Origin: an uncultured Acidobacteriaceae bacterium
Lineage (GTDB): Bacteria; Acidobacteriota; Terriglobia; Terriglobales; Acidobacteriaceae
Assembly: GCA_963722405.1 (NCBI GenBank)
Contig: CAVRMO010000004.1
Coordinates: 12,510 to 76,509 of the forward strand
Length of the DNA stretch: 64,000 nt
Reading direction: 5' to 3'
The first letter of the stretch is position 1. Each line of letters opens with the position of its first letter. The notes below the pieces were generated by a model that was not told the DNA's origin, did no database searches, and saw only the letters and a list, made by a program, of their open reading frames with translations. This document shows positions 18,402 to 28,576 of the stretch, piece by piece. Position numbers and translations under genes: made by a program.

Positions 18402-21400
18402 ATGAAAAGAACCGAACGCAACGCGGCGATTGCGACCGCTAACGACGACTCCGCGGAAAACGCGGACATCCGCGGAACGTCCAGGGCTGTGGCAGAGCCT
18501 CCGCTTGCTGACCTCGGGGCAATCTTGAGCAGTCTGCAAGTCATGCGCAATGGGGACTTCTCGGTCCGATTACCGGGTTCCTGGACTGGACTGGCAGGAA
18601 AGATTGCAGACACATTCAACGATATTGTTGCCGCCAATCAGCAGATGACGCAGGAACTCAGGCGCGTGGGACAAGTTGTGGGTAAAGAAGGAAGAACACG
18701 AGAGCGTACCAAGTTCCACGAATCGCGCGGCGCGTGGGGCGAGATGGAGAACTCGGTCAACACACTGGTAGAGGACTTACTCCGGCCTACGACAGAAGTG
18801 ACGCGCGCTATCGGGGCCGTCGCCCAAGGAAACCTGACTCAGACGGTTCGACTCGACGTTGACGGCCGGCCCCTGGAAGGAGAATTCCTACGCTCGGCCA
18901 ATATCGTCAATACGATGATCCAACAGCTCAGTGTCTTCACCGCTGAAGTTACGCGTGTGGCACGCGAGGTGGGGACTGACGGCAAGCTCGGCGGACAGGC
19001 ACAGGTACCTGGCGTGGCGGGCACCTGGAAAGACCTCACGGATTCCGTCAACTCAATGGCAAGCAACCTTACTGGTCAGGTGCGCAACATTGCCGAGGTC
19101 ACCAATGCTGTGGCGAATGGAGACCTATCGCGAAAGATCACGGTCGACGTGCGAGGGGAAATTCTCCAGTTGAAAGAAGCCATCAACACAATGGTCGACC
19201 AATTGCGATCCTTCGCGTCCGAAGTAACTCGCGTAGCGCGCGAGGTGGGTACTGACGGCAAATTGGGCGGGCAGGCCGTCGTGCCCGGCGTGGCCGGCAC
19301 ATGGAAGGACCTCACCGATTCCGTCAACGCAATGGCCGGCAATCTCACGGCCCAGGTGCGCAACATCGCCGAGGTGACGACAGCGGTGGCTCGCGGAGAT
19401 TTGTCGCGCAAGATCACCGTGGACGTGAAGGGCGAAATCCTCGAGCTCAAAGACACCATCAATACGATGGTTGACCAGCTCAACGCGTTCGCAGGCGAAG
19501 TGACGCGCGTCGCTCGCGAAGTGGGCACCGAAGGTAAGCTAGGCGGCCAGGCGCAGGTTCCCGGAGTCGGTGGCACTTGGAAAGACCTTACCGACAACGT
19601 CAACTTCATGGCCAGCAACCTGACTGGCCAGGTCCGCAACATTGCTGAGGTAGCAACAGCAATCGCGAGCGGCGACTTGTCGCGCAAAATCACTGTCGAT
19701 GTGCGTGGCGAGATTTTGCAGCTAAAAGAAACCCTCAACACGATGGTCGATCAGCTCAACCGGTTTGCCGGCGAAGTGACTCGCGTCGCCCGCGAGGTGG
19801 GCACGGAAGGCCGTCTCGGTGGGCAGGCAAACGTACCCGGCGTGGCGGGGACATGGAAGGATCTTACGGATTCGGTGAACTCGATGGCTGGTAACCTTAC
19901 CGGTCAGGTGCGCAACATCGCCGAGGTCACCACGGCGGTGGCGCGCGGTGATTTGTCGCGCAAAATCACTGTGGACGTGAAGGGCGAAATTCTCGAGTTG
20001 AAGAACACCATCAATACGATGGTGGACCAGCTGAATGCATTTGCCGGTGAGGTTACGCGCGTGGCGCGCGAAGTGGGAACCGAAGGCAAACTGGGTGGCC
20101 AAGCGCAAGTACCGGACGTGGCCGGCACGTGGAAAGACCTTACCGATAACGTCAATTTTATGGCAGGCAACCTGACGGCGCAGGTCCGCAATATCGCGGA
20201 GGTGGCGACGGCCGTTGCCCGTGGTGATCTGTCGCGCAAGATCACGGTGGACGTGAAGGGTGAAATTCTAGAACTCAAAGACACCCTCAACACCATGGTG
20301 GACCAGTTGCGGTCGTTTGCCTCCGAAGTGACCCGCGTCGCACGCGAAGTCGGTACCGACGGAAAGCTTGGTGGCCAAGCGCAGGTTCCGGGAGTCGGCG
20401 GTACATGGAAAGACCTTACGGATTCGGTGAATTCCATGGCGAGTAACTTGACAGGTCAGGTGCGCAACATCGCGGAAGTGTCCACTGCCATCGCCAACGG
20501 AGACCTGTCAAAGAAAATCACGGTCAACGTTAGCGGCGAGATTCTGCTGCTGAAGGAAACCATCAACACAATGGTGGACCAGCTCAACGCTTTCGCCGGT
20601 GAAGTGACACGCGTGGCGCGCGAAGTGGGCACAGAAGGTCGTCTCGGTGGCCAGGCCAATGTTCCAGGCGTGGCGGGAACGTGGAAGGACCTCACGGACT
20701 CCGTGAACTCAATGGCGGGGAACCTGACCGGCCAGGTGCGCAATATCGCCGAAGTGACCACGGCTGTGGCGCGCGGCGACTTGTCGCGCAAGATCACGGT
20801 CGACGTGAAGGGTGAGATTCTGGAGTTGAAGAACACCATTAACACGATGGTGGATCAGCTCAATGCTTTTGCCGGAGAAGTGACGCGGGTAGCGCGCGAA
20901 GTCGGCACCGACGGCAAGTTGGGCGGCCAGGCAGAAGTGCCGGGGGTGGCGGGTACGTGGAAGGACCTTACCGACAACGTGAATTTCATGGCCAGCAACC
21001 TGACGGGCCAAGTGCGCAACATCGCCGAAGTCGCAACCGCGATCGCCACTGGTGATCTGTCAAAGAAAATCACCGTGGACGTTCGTGGAGAGATTCTGCA
21101 GCTTAAAGAAACTCTCAACACCATGGTCGAGCAGTTACGATCGTTCGCCGCCGAGGTAACTCGCGTCGCCCGAGAGGTCGGAAGCGAAGGGCGCCTGGGC
21201 GGACAGGCCAACGTGCCGGGTGTCGCAGGAACGTGGAAGGACCTTACCGACTCAGTGAACGCCATGGCCGGCAACCTTACGGGTCAGGTGCGCAATATCG
21301 CCGAGGTGACCACCGCGGTCGCTCGTGGCGACTTGTCGCGCAAAATCACGGTGGATGTAAAGGGCGAAATTCTCGAGCTAAAGAACACCATTAACACGAT

Positions 21401-24400
21401 GGTGGATCAGCTCAACGCTTTCGCAGGCGAAGTGACACGCGTTGCGCGTGAAGTCGGTACCGACGGCAAGTTGGGCGGCCAGGCACAAGTGCCGGGCGTT
21501 GCCGGCACATGGAAGGACCTCACGGACAACGTTAACTTCATGGCCAACAATCTCACCGGCCAAGTCCGAAATATTGCCGAGGTCGCGACCGCTATTGCCA
21601 CAGGCGATCTGTCGAAAAAGATTACGGTTGACGTTCGCGGTGAAATCCTTCAGCTGAAAGAAACGCTCAACACCATGGTTGAGCAGTTGCGCTCGTTTGC
21701 CGCAGAAGTGACACGCGTAGCCCGCGAGGTTGGTACAGAAGGCCGGCTCGGTGGTCAGGCGAACGTACCCGGAGTTGCTGGGACGTGGAAAGACCTTACA
21801 GACTCGGTGAATGCCATGGCCCGCAACCTCACGGGACAGGTTCGCAATATCGCCGAGGTAACAACTGCCGTAGCGCGTGGCGATCTGTCGCGAAAGATCA
21901 CGGTCGATGTGAAAGGCGAAATTCTTGAGCTGAAGAACACGATCAACACCATGGTGGACCAGCTCAATGCGTTTGCGGCCGAGGTGACCCGTGTGGCCCG
22001 CGAAGTTGGTACCGAGGGCAAACTGGGCGGTCAGGCGCAGGTGCCCGGCGTTGCCGGAACATGGAAAGACTTGACCGACAACGTAAACGTGATGGCGGCA
22101 AATCTCACGGAGCAGGTGCGCGGAATCGTCAAGGTCGTGACCGCGGTCGCAAATGGTGTGCTCACACAGAAACTGACGGTTTACGCCAAGGGCGAAGTCG
22201 CTGCACTCGCTGACACGATTAACAACATGACTGACACGCTCGCTACCTTCGCCGATCAGGTTACGACTGTCGCCCGCGAAGTGGGAGTCGAAGGCCGTCT
22301 CGGTGGCCAGGCTAACGTGCCCGGCGCTGCCGGAACCTGGAAGGACCTAACTGGAAACGTCAATTTGCTGGCCGACAACCTGACCAACCAGGTGCGTGCT
22401 ATCGCTGAGGTCGCCACGGCAGTCACCAAGGGAGACTTGACGCGCTCGATCCAGGTTGAGGCCAGTGGCGAAGTTGCGGAGTTGAAAGACAACATCAACA
22501 CCATGATCAACAACCTCCGCCTCACCACGGAGCGCAACACAGAGCAGGACTGGCTGAAGACGAATCTCGCGCGATTCACTGGCATGTTGCAGGGCCAGCG
22601 CGATCTCACCTCTGTCGGAAGAATGCTGCTGTCGGAACTCTCTCCGTTGGTGAACGCACAACAAGGCGTGATCTATCAGATGGAGGGTGAAGGAACGAAT
22701 ACGATGGTCCTCCTCTCCGCGTTCGCCAGTGATGGTGAAAATGGCCATCTCAGGCAATTGAAGATCGGCGAAGGCCTCGTGGGCCAGTGCGCGGCCGAGA
22801 AGCGAAGGATGCTGATCAACGATTTGCCGCCTGACAGCATTTCGATTCGATCGGGTTTGTTTGAGGCTGTGCCGCGCAACGTGATCGTGCTGCCAGTTCT
22901 GTTTGAAGATCGAGTCAAAGCAGTCATCGAATTGGCTTCCTTGGGCACATTCACCGCGTCGCACCTTGCGTTCCTGGAGCAACTCACCGCCAGCATAGGC
23001 ATCGTGCTCAATAGCATTGAAGCAACCATGCAGACGGAAGGATTACTGAAGCAGTCACAGCAATTGGCGACCGAACTTCAGACCCAGCAAAAGGAATTGC
23101 AGCAAACCAATGAGCAACTGGCGCAGAAAGCACAACAGTTGGCCGAACAGAACGTCGAGGTGGAAAGGAAGAACCAGGAGATTGAGCAGGCCCGCCGCGC
23201 CCTGGAAGACAAGGCGAAAGAGCTCGCACTCACTTCCAAGTACAAATCTGAGTTCCTGGCGAACATGTCACACGAGCTACGGACGCCGCTGAACAGTATC
23301 CTGGTTCTCGGTCAGCAACTCGGAGACAATCCCGATCACAACTTGACGCCCAAGCAAGTCGAGTATGCACGCACCATTCACGGCGCCGGAACCGACCTGC
23401 TGAACCTGATCAGTGACATTCTTGACCTTTCGAAGATCGAGTCCGGTACGGTTTCGGTTGAGGCGGAGGAGGTCTTCTTCGCCAGCCTGCTGGATATGGT
23501 GGCTCGGCCTTTCCGCCATGAAGCCGAAAACCGGCGACTTGGCTTCGAGGTTCACACTGACCCGAACCTCGATCGCAGCCTGGTCACAGATTCCAAACGT
23601 CTGCAGCAGGTACTGAAGAATCTGCTGTCCAATTCCTTTAAGTTCACGGAGCAGGGCGGCGTTCGCCTTTCGGTTCAGCATGTCGAGAAAGGGTGGAGCG
23701 AAGATCATCCGATCCTAAGGCGAGCCGGGTCTGTCGTGGCCTTCGAAGTTGCAGACACGGGAATTGGCATTCCGCACGAAAAGCAACGGATCATCTTTGA
23801 AGCATTCCAGCAGGCAGATGCAGGAACGAGCCGCAAATACGGTGGAACCGGTTTGGGGCTGGCGATCAGCCGCGAGTTGGCCAGCCTCTTAGGCGGAGAG
23901 ATCCAGTTGCGCAGCGAGCTCGGCAATGGCAGCTCATTCACTCTATTTCTCCCCCAGACATATGTCGGCCCGTCCGTGCCCAGTGTGTCCGTTCTGGAGG
24001 GGAAGGCGTCTCCATCCTCCTTGCCTCTTCAATTAGCGAGTGTGGGCACGTCAGAGATTCCAGTTGAACGTATCGTCGATGATCGAGACCACATCCAGCC
24101 GGGCGACGCCGTCCTGTTGATCGTAGAAGACGATCCTCACTATGCTCGGGCGATTTGCGATCTATCCCGCGACAAGGGGTTCAAAGTCCTGGTGGCCCTA
24201 CGGGGCGCCGAAGGCCTTGCTCTCGCCCGCGAGTTTCATCCGACGGCCGTCTCACTGGATGTTTTTCTTCCCGACATGCTCGGCTGGACGGTCCTTAACC
24301 ATTTGAAACAAGACCCCGCAACCCGCCACATTCCCGTACAGATGCTTACCTTGGACGAGGGGCGACATCACGGCTTGGCACGTGGCGCCTTCGCCTTTGT

Positions 24401-25277
24401 GACGAAACCGACAACGCCTGAAGGACTGGATGCGGCTTTGGACCGTATCAAAGCATATGCGAGTCCTCGACGTAAGAAACTCTTGGTGATCGAAGACGAT
24501 CCGGCCGAACAGTTCAGTATTCGAGAGCTGCTGGGTTACGACGACATCGATGTCATCTTCGCCGATACCGGTTCCGAGGGGCTGGCGTTGGTCAATGAAG
24601 AGCAATTCGATTGTGTTGTGCTCGATCTCCGCCTGCCCGATATGTCGGGATTCGAGGTCCTGGAACAACTCCGTGATACGCCGTCGCTCAGCGATCTACC
24701 GGTAGTAGTTTTCACCGGGAAGGAACTGTCTTCGGAAGAAGATGCGCGGCTGCACTCCCTAGCGCGCAGCGTGGTTGTAAAAGGAGTGGAGTCGCCGGAG
24801 CGACTCCTCGACGAAACTGCACTGTTCCTCCACCGGGTAATTACCCACCTGCCACCTGAGAAGCAAAAGATGCTCGATCGACTGCACCGCTCCGATGAGG
24901 CGCTCGTTGGAAAGAAGGTTCTGGTGGTGGACGATGACGTGCGCAACATATTTGCGCTGAGCAGCGTACTTGAGCGCCGTGGAATGACGGTGCTTACTGC
25001 AGAGACCGGGCGCGAAGCTATAGCGACGCTCGAGTCCACTCCGGACGTCGCCATCACCCTTATGGACATCATGATGCCCGAAATGGACGGCTACGAAACG
25101 ATGCAGGTGATCCGCCAGAACTCGTCGTTCCGCCGCCTTCCAATCATTGCGCTTACGGCCAAGGCCATGAAGGGCGATCGTGAAAAGTGTCTGGAGGCAG
25201 GAGCTTCCGAGTATCTCGCGAAGCCCGTCAATACCGAGCAATTACTGTCAGCTCTGCGTATGTGGTTGCACAGGTAG
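18402..25277 (+). CDS. Giant hybrid sensor kinase: N-terminal HAMP units, then 13 x 92-aa poly-HAMP repeats, then GAF, coiled coil, HisKA, HATPase_c and three REC domains
   Basis: The repeat consensus is F-A[75 protein letters not shown]. GAF: [19 protein letters not shown]-box: [16 protein letters not shown]. ATPase boxes: [30 protein letters not shown] domains: [33 protein letters not shown]. Confidence 0.95.
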   Translation: MKRTERNAAIATANDDSAENADIRGTSRAVAEPPLADLGAILSSLQVMRNGDFSVRLPGSWTGLAGKIADTFNDIVAANQQMTQELRRVGQVVGKEGRTRERTKFHESRGAWGEMENSVNTLVEDLLRPTTEVTRAIGAVAQGNLTQTVRLDVDGRPLEGEFLRSANIVNTMIQQLSVFTAEVTRVAREVGTDGKLGGQAQVPGVAGTWKDLTDSVNSMASNLTGQVRNIAEVTNAVANGDLSRKITVDVRGEILQLKEAINTMVDQLRSFASEVTRVAREVGTDGKLGGQAVVPGVAGTWKDLTDSVNAMAGNLTAQVRNIAEVTTAVARGDLSRKITVDVKGEILELKDTINTMVDQLNAFAGEVTRVAREVGTEGKLGGQAQVPGVGGTWKDLTDNVNFMASNLTGQVRNIAEVATAIASGDLSRKITVDVRGEILQLKETLNTMVDQLNRFAGEVTRVAREVGTEGRLGGQANVPGVAGTWKDLTDSVNSMAGNLTGQVRNIAEVTTAVARGDLSRKITVDVKGEILELKNTINTMVDQLNAFAGEVTRVAREVGTEGKLGGQAQVPDVAGTWKDLTDNVNFMAGNLTAQVRNIAEVATAVARGDLSRKITVDVKGEILELKDTLNTMVDQLRSFASEVTRVAREVGTDGKLGGQAQVPGVGGTWKDLTDSVNSMASNLTGQVRNIAEVSTAIANGDLSKKITVNVSGEILLLKETINTMVDQLNAFAGEVTRVAREVGTEGRLGGQANVPGVAGTWKDLTDSVNSMAGNLTGQVRNIAEVTTAVARGDLSRKITVDVKGEILELKNTINTMVDQLNAFAGEVTRVAREVGTDGKLGGQAEVPGVAGTWKDLTDNVNFMASNLTGQVRNIAEVATAIATGDLSKKITVDVRGEILQLKETLNTMVEQLRSFAAEVTRVAREVGSEGRLGGQANVPGVAGTWKDLTDSVNAMAGNLTGQVRNIAEVTTAVARGDLSRKITVDVKGEILELKNTINTMVDQLNAFAGEVTRVAREVGTDGKLGGQAQVPGVAGTWKDLTDNVNFMANNLTGQVRNIAEVATAIATGDLSKKITVDVRGEILQLKETLNTMVEQLRSFAAEVTRVAREVGTEGRLGGQANVPGVAGTWKDLTDSVNAMARNLTGQVRNIAEVTTAVARGDLSRKITVDVKGEILELKNTINTMVDQLNAFAAEVTRVAREVGTEGKLGGQAQVPGVAGTWKDLTDNVNVMAANLTEQVRGIVKVVTAVANGVLTQKLTVYAKGEVAALADTINNMTDTLATFADQVTTVAREVGVEGRLGGQANVPGAAGTWKDLTGNVNLLADNLTNQVRAIAEVATAVTKGDLTRSIQVEASGEVAELKDNINTMINNLRLTTERNTEQDWLKTNLARFTGMLQGQRDLTSVGRMLLSELSPLVNAQQGVIYQMEGEGTNTMVLLSAFASDGENGHLRQLKIGEGLVGQCAAEKRRMLINDLPPDSISIRSGLFEAVPRNVIVLPVLFEDRVKAVIELASLGTFTASHLAFLEQLTASIGIVLNSIEATMQTEGLLKQSQQLATELQTQQKELQQTNEQLAQKAQQLAEQNVEVERKNQEIEQARRALEDKAKELALTSKYKSEFLANMSHELRTPLNSILVLGQQLGDNPDHNLTPKQVEYARTIHGAGTDLLNLISDILDLSKIESGTVSVEAEEVFFASLLDMVARPFRHEAENRRLGFEVHTDPNLDRSLVTDSKRLQQVLKNLLSNSFKFTEQGGVRLSVQHVEKGWSEDHPILRRAGSVVAFEVADTGIGIPHEKQRIIFEAFQQADAGTSRKYGGTGLGLAISRELASLLGGEIQLRSELGNGSSFTLFLPQTYVGPSVPSVSVLEGKASPSSLPLQLASVGTSEIPVERIVDDRDHIQPGDAVLLIVEDDPHYARAICDLSRDKGFKVLVALRGAEGLALAREFHPTAVSLDVFLPDMLGWTVLNHLKQDPATRHIPVQMLTLDEGRHHGLARGAFAFVTKPTTPEGLDAALDRIKAYASPRRKKLLVIEDDPAEQFSIRELLGYDDIDVIFADTGSEGLALVNEEQFDCVVLDLRLPDMSGFEVLEQLRDTPSLSDLPVVVFTGKELSSEEDARLHSLARSVVVKGVESPERLLDETALFLHRVITHLPPEKQKMLDRLHRSDEALVGKKVLVVDDDVRNIFALSSVLERRGMTVLTAETGREAIATLESTPDVAITLMDIMMPEMDGYETMQVIRQNSSFRRLPIIALTAKAMKGDREKCLEAGASEYLAKPVNTEQLLSALRMWLHR
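18936..22523 (+). repeat. 13 tandem in-frame repeats of 276 bp (92 codons) inside the poly-HAMP kinase gene
   Basis: The unit boundaries fall at 18936 + n x 276. The last two units (21972-22523) are more diverged. Confidence 0.9.
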
Positions 25278-25332
25278 TCGGAGGTCGCGTGGCTTCTCAG
25301 AGTGTCGCCTGGAGCCGCGCGCATAGGAACGA

Positions 25333-27279
25333 ATGCAGGCAAATGAACTAGTCAACATCCTGATGGTGGACGATCAGCCTGCGAAGCTGCTCAGCTACGA
25401 AGTCATCCTTCGCGAGTTAGGCGAAAATCTGCTCAAGGCCTCGTCTGGGAAGGAGGCCCTGGAGCAACTGTTGAAAACCGATGTTGCTGTCGTGTTGATG
25501 GATGTAAGCATGCCTGATCTGGACGGCTTTCAACTCGCCGAAATGATTCGCGAGCATCCAAGGTTCCAGAAAACTGCAATTATCTTCATTTCCGCCGTGC
25601 ACTTGACGGACGTCGACCGACTCAAAGGGTACCAGCGCGGTGCGGTGGATTACATATCTGTACCTGTAGTCCCGGAACTATTACGGGCGAAGGTCAGCGT
25701 GTTTGCCGAACTGCATCGCAAAACTCATCAACTCGAGAAGCTAAACCGGGATCTGGAGCAGCGAGTCGCACAAAGGACAGAGGAGCTTCAGGCGAGTGAG
25801 GGTCAATTCCGCACGCTTGCCAACTCGATCCCGCAATTGGCTTGGATTGCCGAGCCGGACGGATCTGCGCGTTGGTACAACCAGCGCTGGTACGAATACA
25901 CGGACACCAATCTGGAAGAGATGCGCGACGGAGGTTGGCATAGGCTCATTCATCCTGAACATGTCAGCCGCGTGATCTCCGGAGTCGAACGCTCTTGGGC
26001 CTCGGGCGATCCATGGGAGGATACGTTCCCGCTACGGGGACGGGACGGCGAATACCGTTGGTTCCTTTCGCGGGCGCTCCCAATTCGCGAAACCAGTGGC
26101 CGAATCGTGCGGTGGTTTGGAACGAACACTGATATTACGGAGCAGAAACGCGCCCAGGAGCGGATATCCGAGAGCGAAAGGCGCTTCCGAACCATGGCCG
26201 ACAAAGCGCCGGTCATGATTTGGATTTCCGGACTCGACAAGCTGCGCACTTACTTCAACAAGCCATGGCTTGAGTTTGCCGGAAGAACCCTGGGGCAGGA
26301 GATAGGAGATGGTTGGATGGAGGGCGTCCACCCCGACGATCGCGAGCGATGTTGGCGGACTCACAGTGTCTCGTTCGACGAGCGCGTTCCCTTCTCCGTG
26401 GAATATCGTTTGCGCCGAGCGGACGGGGAATACCGCTGGATTATGGATAACGGCGTCCCGCTGATTGGACCGGACCAGAGCTTCTCGGGCTATATCGGGG
26501 GATGCATCGACATGACAGAGCGAAAGCTGACCGAAAATGCACTAATCAGGTCCGAAAAGCTTGCGGCTATGGGTCGCTTGGCCGGCATCATATCCCATGA
26601 AATCAATAATCCGTTAGAGGCTATTTCCAATGCATTCTATCTTTTGCGAAAGCATCCGTCATTGGATAGCGAAGCTCACCATTATGCGACCTTAGCTGAA
26701 CAGGAATTGGCACGAGTAACACATATAACCAAGCAGACACTTAGCTTCTATCGCGAATCAAAGGAACCCGTATCGATCTCCCTTTTTGACGTTCTGGACA
26801 ATGTTCTCGAACTACAGTCTCGTCGCATAACTGCGAATGGGATCTCGTTGGAGAAGCAATTTCGCGGTACAGCTGCGATCCAGGGATTTCCAAATGAACT
26901 CAAGCAGGTATTTCTGAACCTCATTGGAAATGCAATAGAGGCAATGAAAGAGGGAGGGCGCCTCCGCGTGCAGGTCCATGATTGTACTGAAGGGACAACA
27001 AGACGACAAGGAGTACGGATTTCGATATGCGACACGGGATCAGGTATTGATCCACAATATGCCAAGAGAATCTTCGAACCATTTTTTACTACGAAAGACA
27101 CTAAAGGCACCGGACTTGGTCTTTGGATTAGCAGAGGGATCATTCAGAAGTATGACGGCACAATACGGTTTCGCAGCATGCGTTCGGCGACTGGACGCAT
27201 GACTTGTTTTTCCATTTTCATTCCCGGGTTGCCGACTGCTCCAAACTTGGGCTTTAGTATGTCCGCGACGGCTGGGTAG
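25333..27279 (+). CDS. Sensor histidine kinase: REC - PAS - PAS - HisKA - HATPase_c
   Basis: REC: NILMVDDQPAKLLSYE..VVLMDVSMPDLDG. PAS: WYNQRWYEYTD and YFNKPWLEFAG. H-box: IISHEINNPLEAI. ATPase boxes: LIGNAIEAM, DTGSGI, GTGLGLWISRGI. Confidence 0.9.
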   Translation: MQANELVNILMVDDQPAKLLSYEVILRELGENLLKASSGKEALEQLLKTDVAVVLMDVSMPDLDGFQLAEMIREHPRFQKTAIIFISAVHLTDVDRLKGYQRGAVDYISVPVVPELLRAKVSVFAELHRKTHQLEKLNRDLEQRVAQRTEELQASEGQFRTLANSIPQLAWIAEPDGSARWYNQRWYEYTDTNLEEMRDGGWHRLIHPEHVSRVISGVERSWASGDPWEDTFPLRGRDGEYRWFLSRALPIRETSGRIVRWFGTNTDITEQKRAQERISESERRFRTMADKAPVMIWISGLDKLRTYFNKPWLEFAGRTLGQEIGDGWMEGVHPDDRERCWRTHSVSFDERVPFSVEYRLRRADGEYRWIMDNGVPLIGPDQSFSGYIGGCIDMTERKLTENALIRSEKLAAMGRLAGIISHEINNPLEAISNAFYLLRKHPSLDSEAHHYATLAEQELARVTHITKQTLSFYRESKEPVSISLFDVLDNVLELQSRRITANGISLEKQFRGTAAIQGFPNELKQVFLNLIGNAIEAMKEGGRLRVQVHDCTEGTTRRQGVRISICDTGSGIDPQYAKRIFEPFFTTKDTKGTGLGLWISRGIIQKYDGTIRFRSMRSATGRMTCFSIFIPGLPTAPNLGFSMSATAG

Positions 27280-27295
27280 GAAGAGGAAGTATCCG

Positions 27296-27673
27296 ATGAT
27301 GCTCGAGGACAAAGCCGTCATCCTATGCGTGGATGATGAGGAGATTCCGCTCATGCTTAGGAGGCTCGTGTTAGAAAAGGCTGGCTACAAAGTAGTCACC
27401 GCTGGATCGGCTGCAGAGGCTTGGGATATTGTTACGTCCCGCCATATCGATTTGGTATTGTCCGACCACCTAATGCCTGGTTCGACTGGGGCGGAACTTG
27501 CCCGCGAGATTAAAACCAGACTGCCTGGACTACCAGTTATCCTGCACTCTGGTGTCAATGAGGTCCCTAGTGATGCGGGCTATGCGGACCTTTTTCTGAG
27601 CAAGGTGGTGGGGCCGATAATATTATGTGAACAAGTCTCTGCGGTCCTGGCCGAAGCGGGAACGAGAAAGTAA
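27296..27673 (+). CDS. Single-domain response regulator (REC only)
   Basis: VILCVDDEEIPLMLRRLVLEKAGY..DLVLSDHLMPGSTG. Confidence 0.85.
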   Translation: MMLEDKAVILCVDDEEIPLMLRRLVLEKAGYKVVTAGSAAEAWDIVTSRHIDLVLSDHLMPGSTGAELAREIKTRLPGLPVILHSGVNEVPSDAGYADLFLSKVVGPIILCEQVSAVLAEAGTRK

Positions 27674-27751
27674 CATAGAATCTTTTCGGATCTGCTTGAT
27701 GCAGCAGCGCGCGGAAATCGAGCATTGAATCAAATGACGTGAGGCAGTCTC

Positions 27752-28144
27752 TTGAAGAAAATCGATGCTACCATTCTTTGCGTGGACGATGAGGGCACCC
27801 AACTAGCCTTGCGCAAACTGATGTTGGAGCAAGCAGGCTATCGCGTGCTTACCGCAGAGTCGCCGGCCAAAGCGATTGAGCTGTTTCGACCAGACGCAGT
27901 TGATCTTGTAATCGTTGATTACTATCTACCGGGCATGAACGGCCTTTCATTGGCTCGCGAACTCTTGCGACAGAAGAAGTTGCCGATTGTGGTCTTATCT
28001 GCCTATGCAGAGCTGCCATGCGAGTCGATCGGAACTGCCGACGTGTGGATAACTAAGGGTAACGCCTCGGAGGAATTATTAACAAAGCTGGAAGAGTTGC
28101 TTTCCAGGAGCGCATCTGTGACCGGCCATCCGAGTGCCTCTTGA
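27752..28144 (+). CDS. Single-domain response regulator (REC only), TTG start
   Basis: TILCVDDEGTQLALRKLMLEQAGY..DLVIVDYYLPGMNG. Confidence 0.8.
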   Translation: MKKIDATILCVDDEGTQLALRKLMLEQAGYRVLTAESPAKAIELFRPDAVDLVIVDYYLPGMNGLSLARELLRQKKLPIVVLSAYAELPCESIGTADVWITKGNASEELLTKLEELLSRSASVTGHPSAS

Positions 28145-28364
28145 GGGTGGGGTTCGTCCGTTTCGCCAAGGGAAACGGTCTAGCGGAGGCTGCGCAACTG
28201 TGGGGATTGCGCGAGTTAGCTGCCTCGGTGGTTCCTCAAAAACGTCAACAGCGGAGTTCCGTGACCATTTCCATGGTCTGTGCAAGTCGAGTTGAAATTC
28301 TTGCGCTCCATCACCCAGCGCCCATTATTCGTAACTACCGAGGCAAATTTCTTCATTTAGCCAC

Positions 28365-28393
28365 TTGACCTTCCGACCCTAGTTGTGTAGTGT
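28365..28393 (+). promoter_or_regulatory. Sigma70-like promoter of the cys leader transcript
   Basis: TTGACC (28365-28370), a 17-nt spacer, then TAGTGT (28388-28393). This would start transcription about 2-7 nt before ATG 28403. Confidence 0.4.
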
Positions 28394-28402
28394 CATACGA
28401 TC

Positions 28403-28489
28403 ATGTTGAGTGGTCGTCAGAATTGTTGTTGCATGCCCTGCTGTTGTTGCGGGTACACAGATTCTGACGCCTATGGAAATACCGCCTAG
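28403..28489 (+). CDS. Polycysteine leader peptide (28 aa) of the sulfite reductase operon
   Basis: The peptide is MLSGRQNCCCMPCCCCGYTDSDAYGNTA*. Seven of nine consecutive codons (28424-28450) are Cys. It has no SD, lies next to the predicted TSS, and is embedded in alternating complementary RNA segments upstream of an intrinsic terminator. Confidence 0.6.
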   Translation: MLSGRQNCCCMPCCCCGYTDSDAYGNTA

Positions 28490-28517
28490 CTTTCTTATTT
28501 AAGCAGGATTTCCCTAA

Positions 28518-28558
28518 CCCACGCGTCAGAGGCATCTGACACGTGGGTTTTTCTTTTT
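28518..28558 (+). terminator. Intrinsic terminator acting as attenuator in the 5' leader of the cys operon
   Basis: CCCACGCGTCAGA-ggca-TCTGACACGTGGG pairs at 12 of 13 positions and is followed by TTTTTCTTTTT. It sits 19 nt upstream of the sulfite-reductase ATG and 370 nt from the previous gene's stop. Confidence 0.7.
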
Positions 28559-28576
28559 GGCGCAAAGAGGTGGCGG

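Noticed and set aside
18936-22523. A regular 276-bp periodicity that could superficially suggest a CRISPR-like or satellite array.
   Set aside because: There is no repeat/spacer alternation. The whole region is one continuous in-frame coding sequence with conserved protein repeats.
18839-22982. Many long antisense or off-frame ORFs (e.g. 19076-19741 -, 19904-20437 -, 20855-21274 -, 22347-22982 -) inside the poly-HAMP gene.
   Set aside because: They are periodic shadows of the 276-bp coding repeat. They have low-complexity S/T/R/P-rich translations, no SDs, and they fully overlap a gene with clear domain architecture.
28217-28357. A 46-codon minus-strand ORF (MKKFASVVTNNGRWVMERKNF...) between the response regulator and the cys leader.
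   Set aside because: It has a weak SD and no recognisable motif, and its start overlaps the predicted cys-leader -35 box. Support is insufficient.
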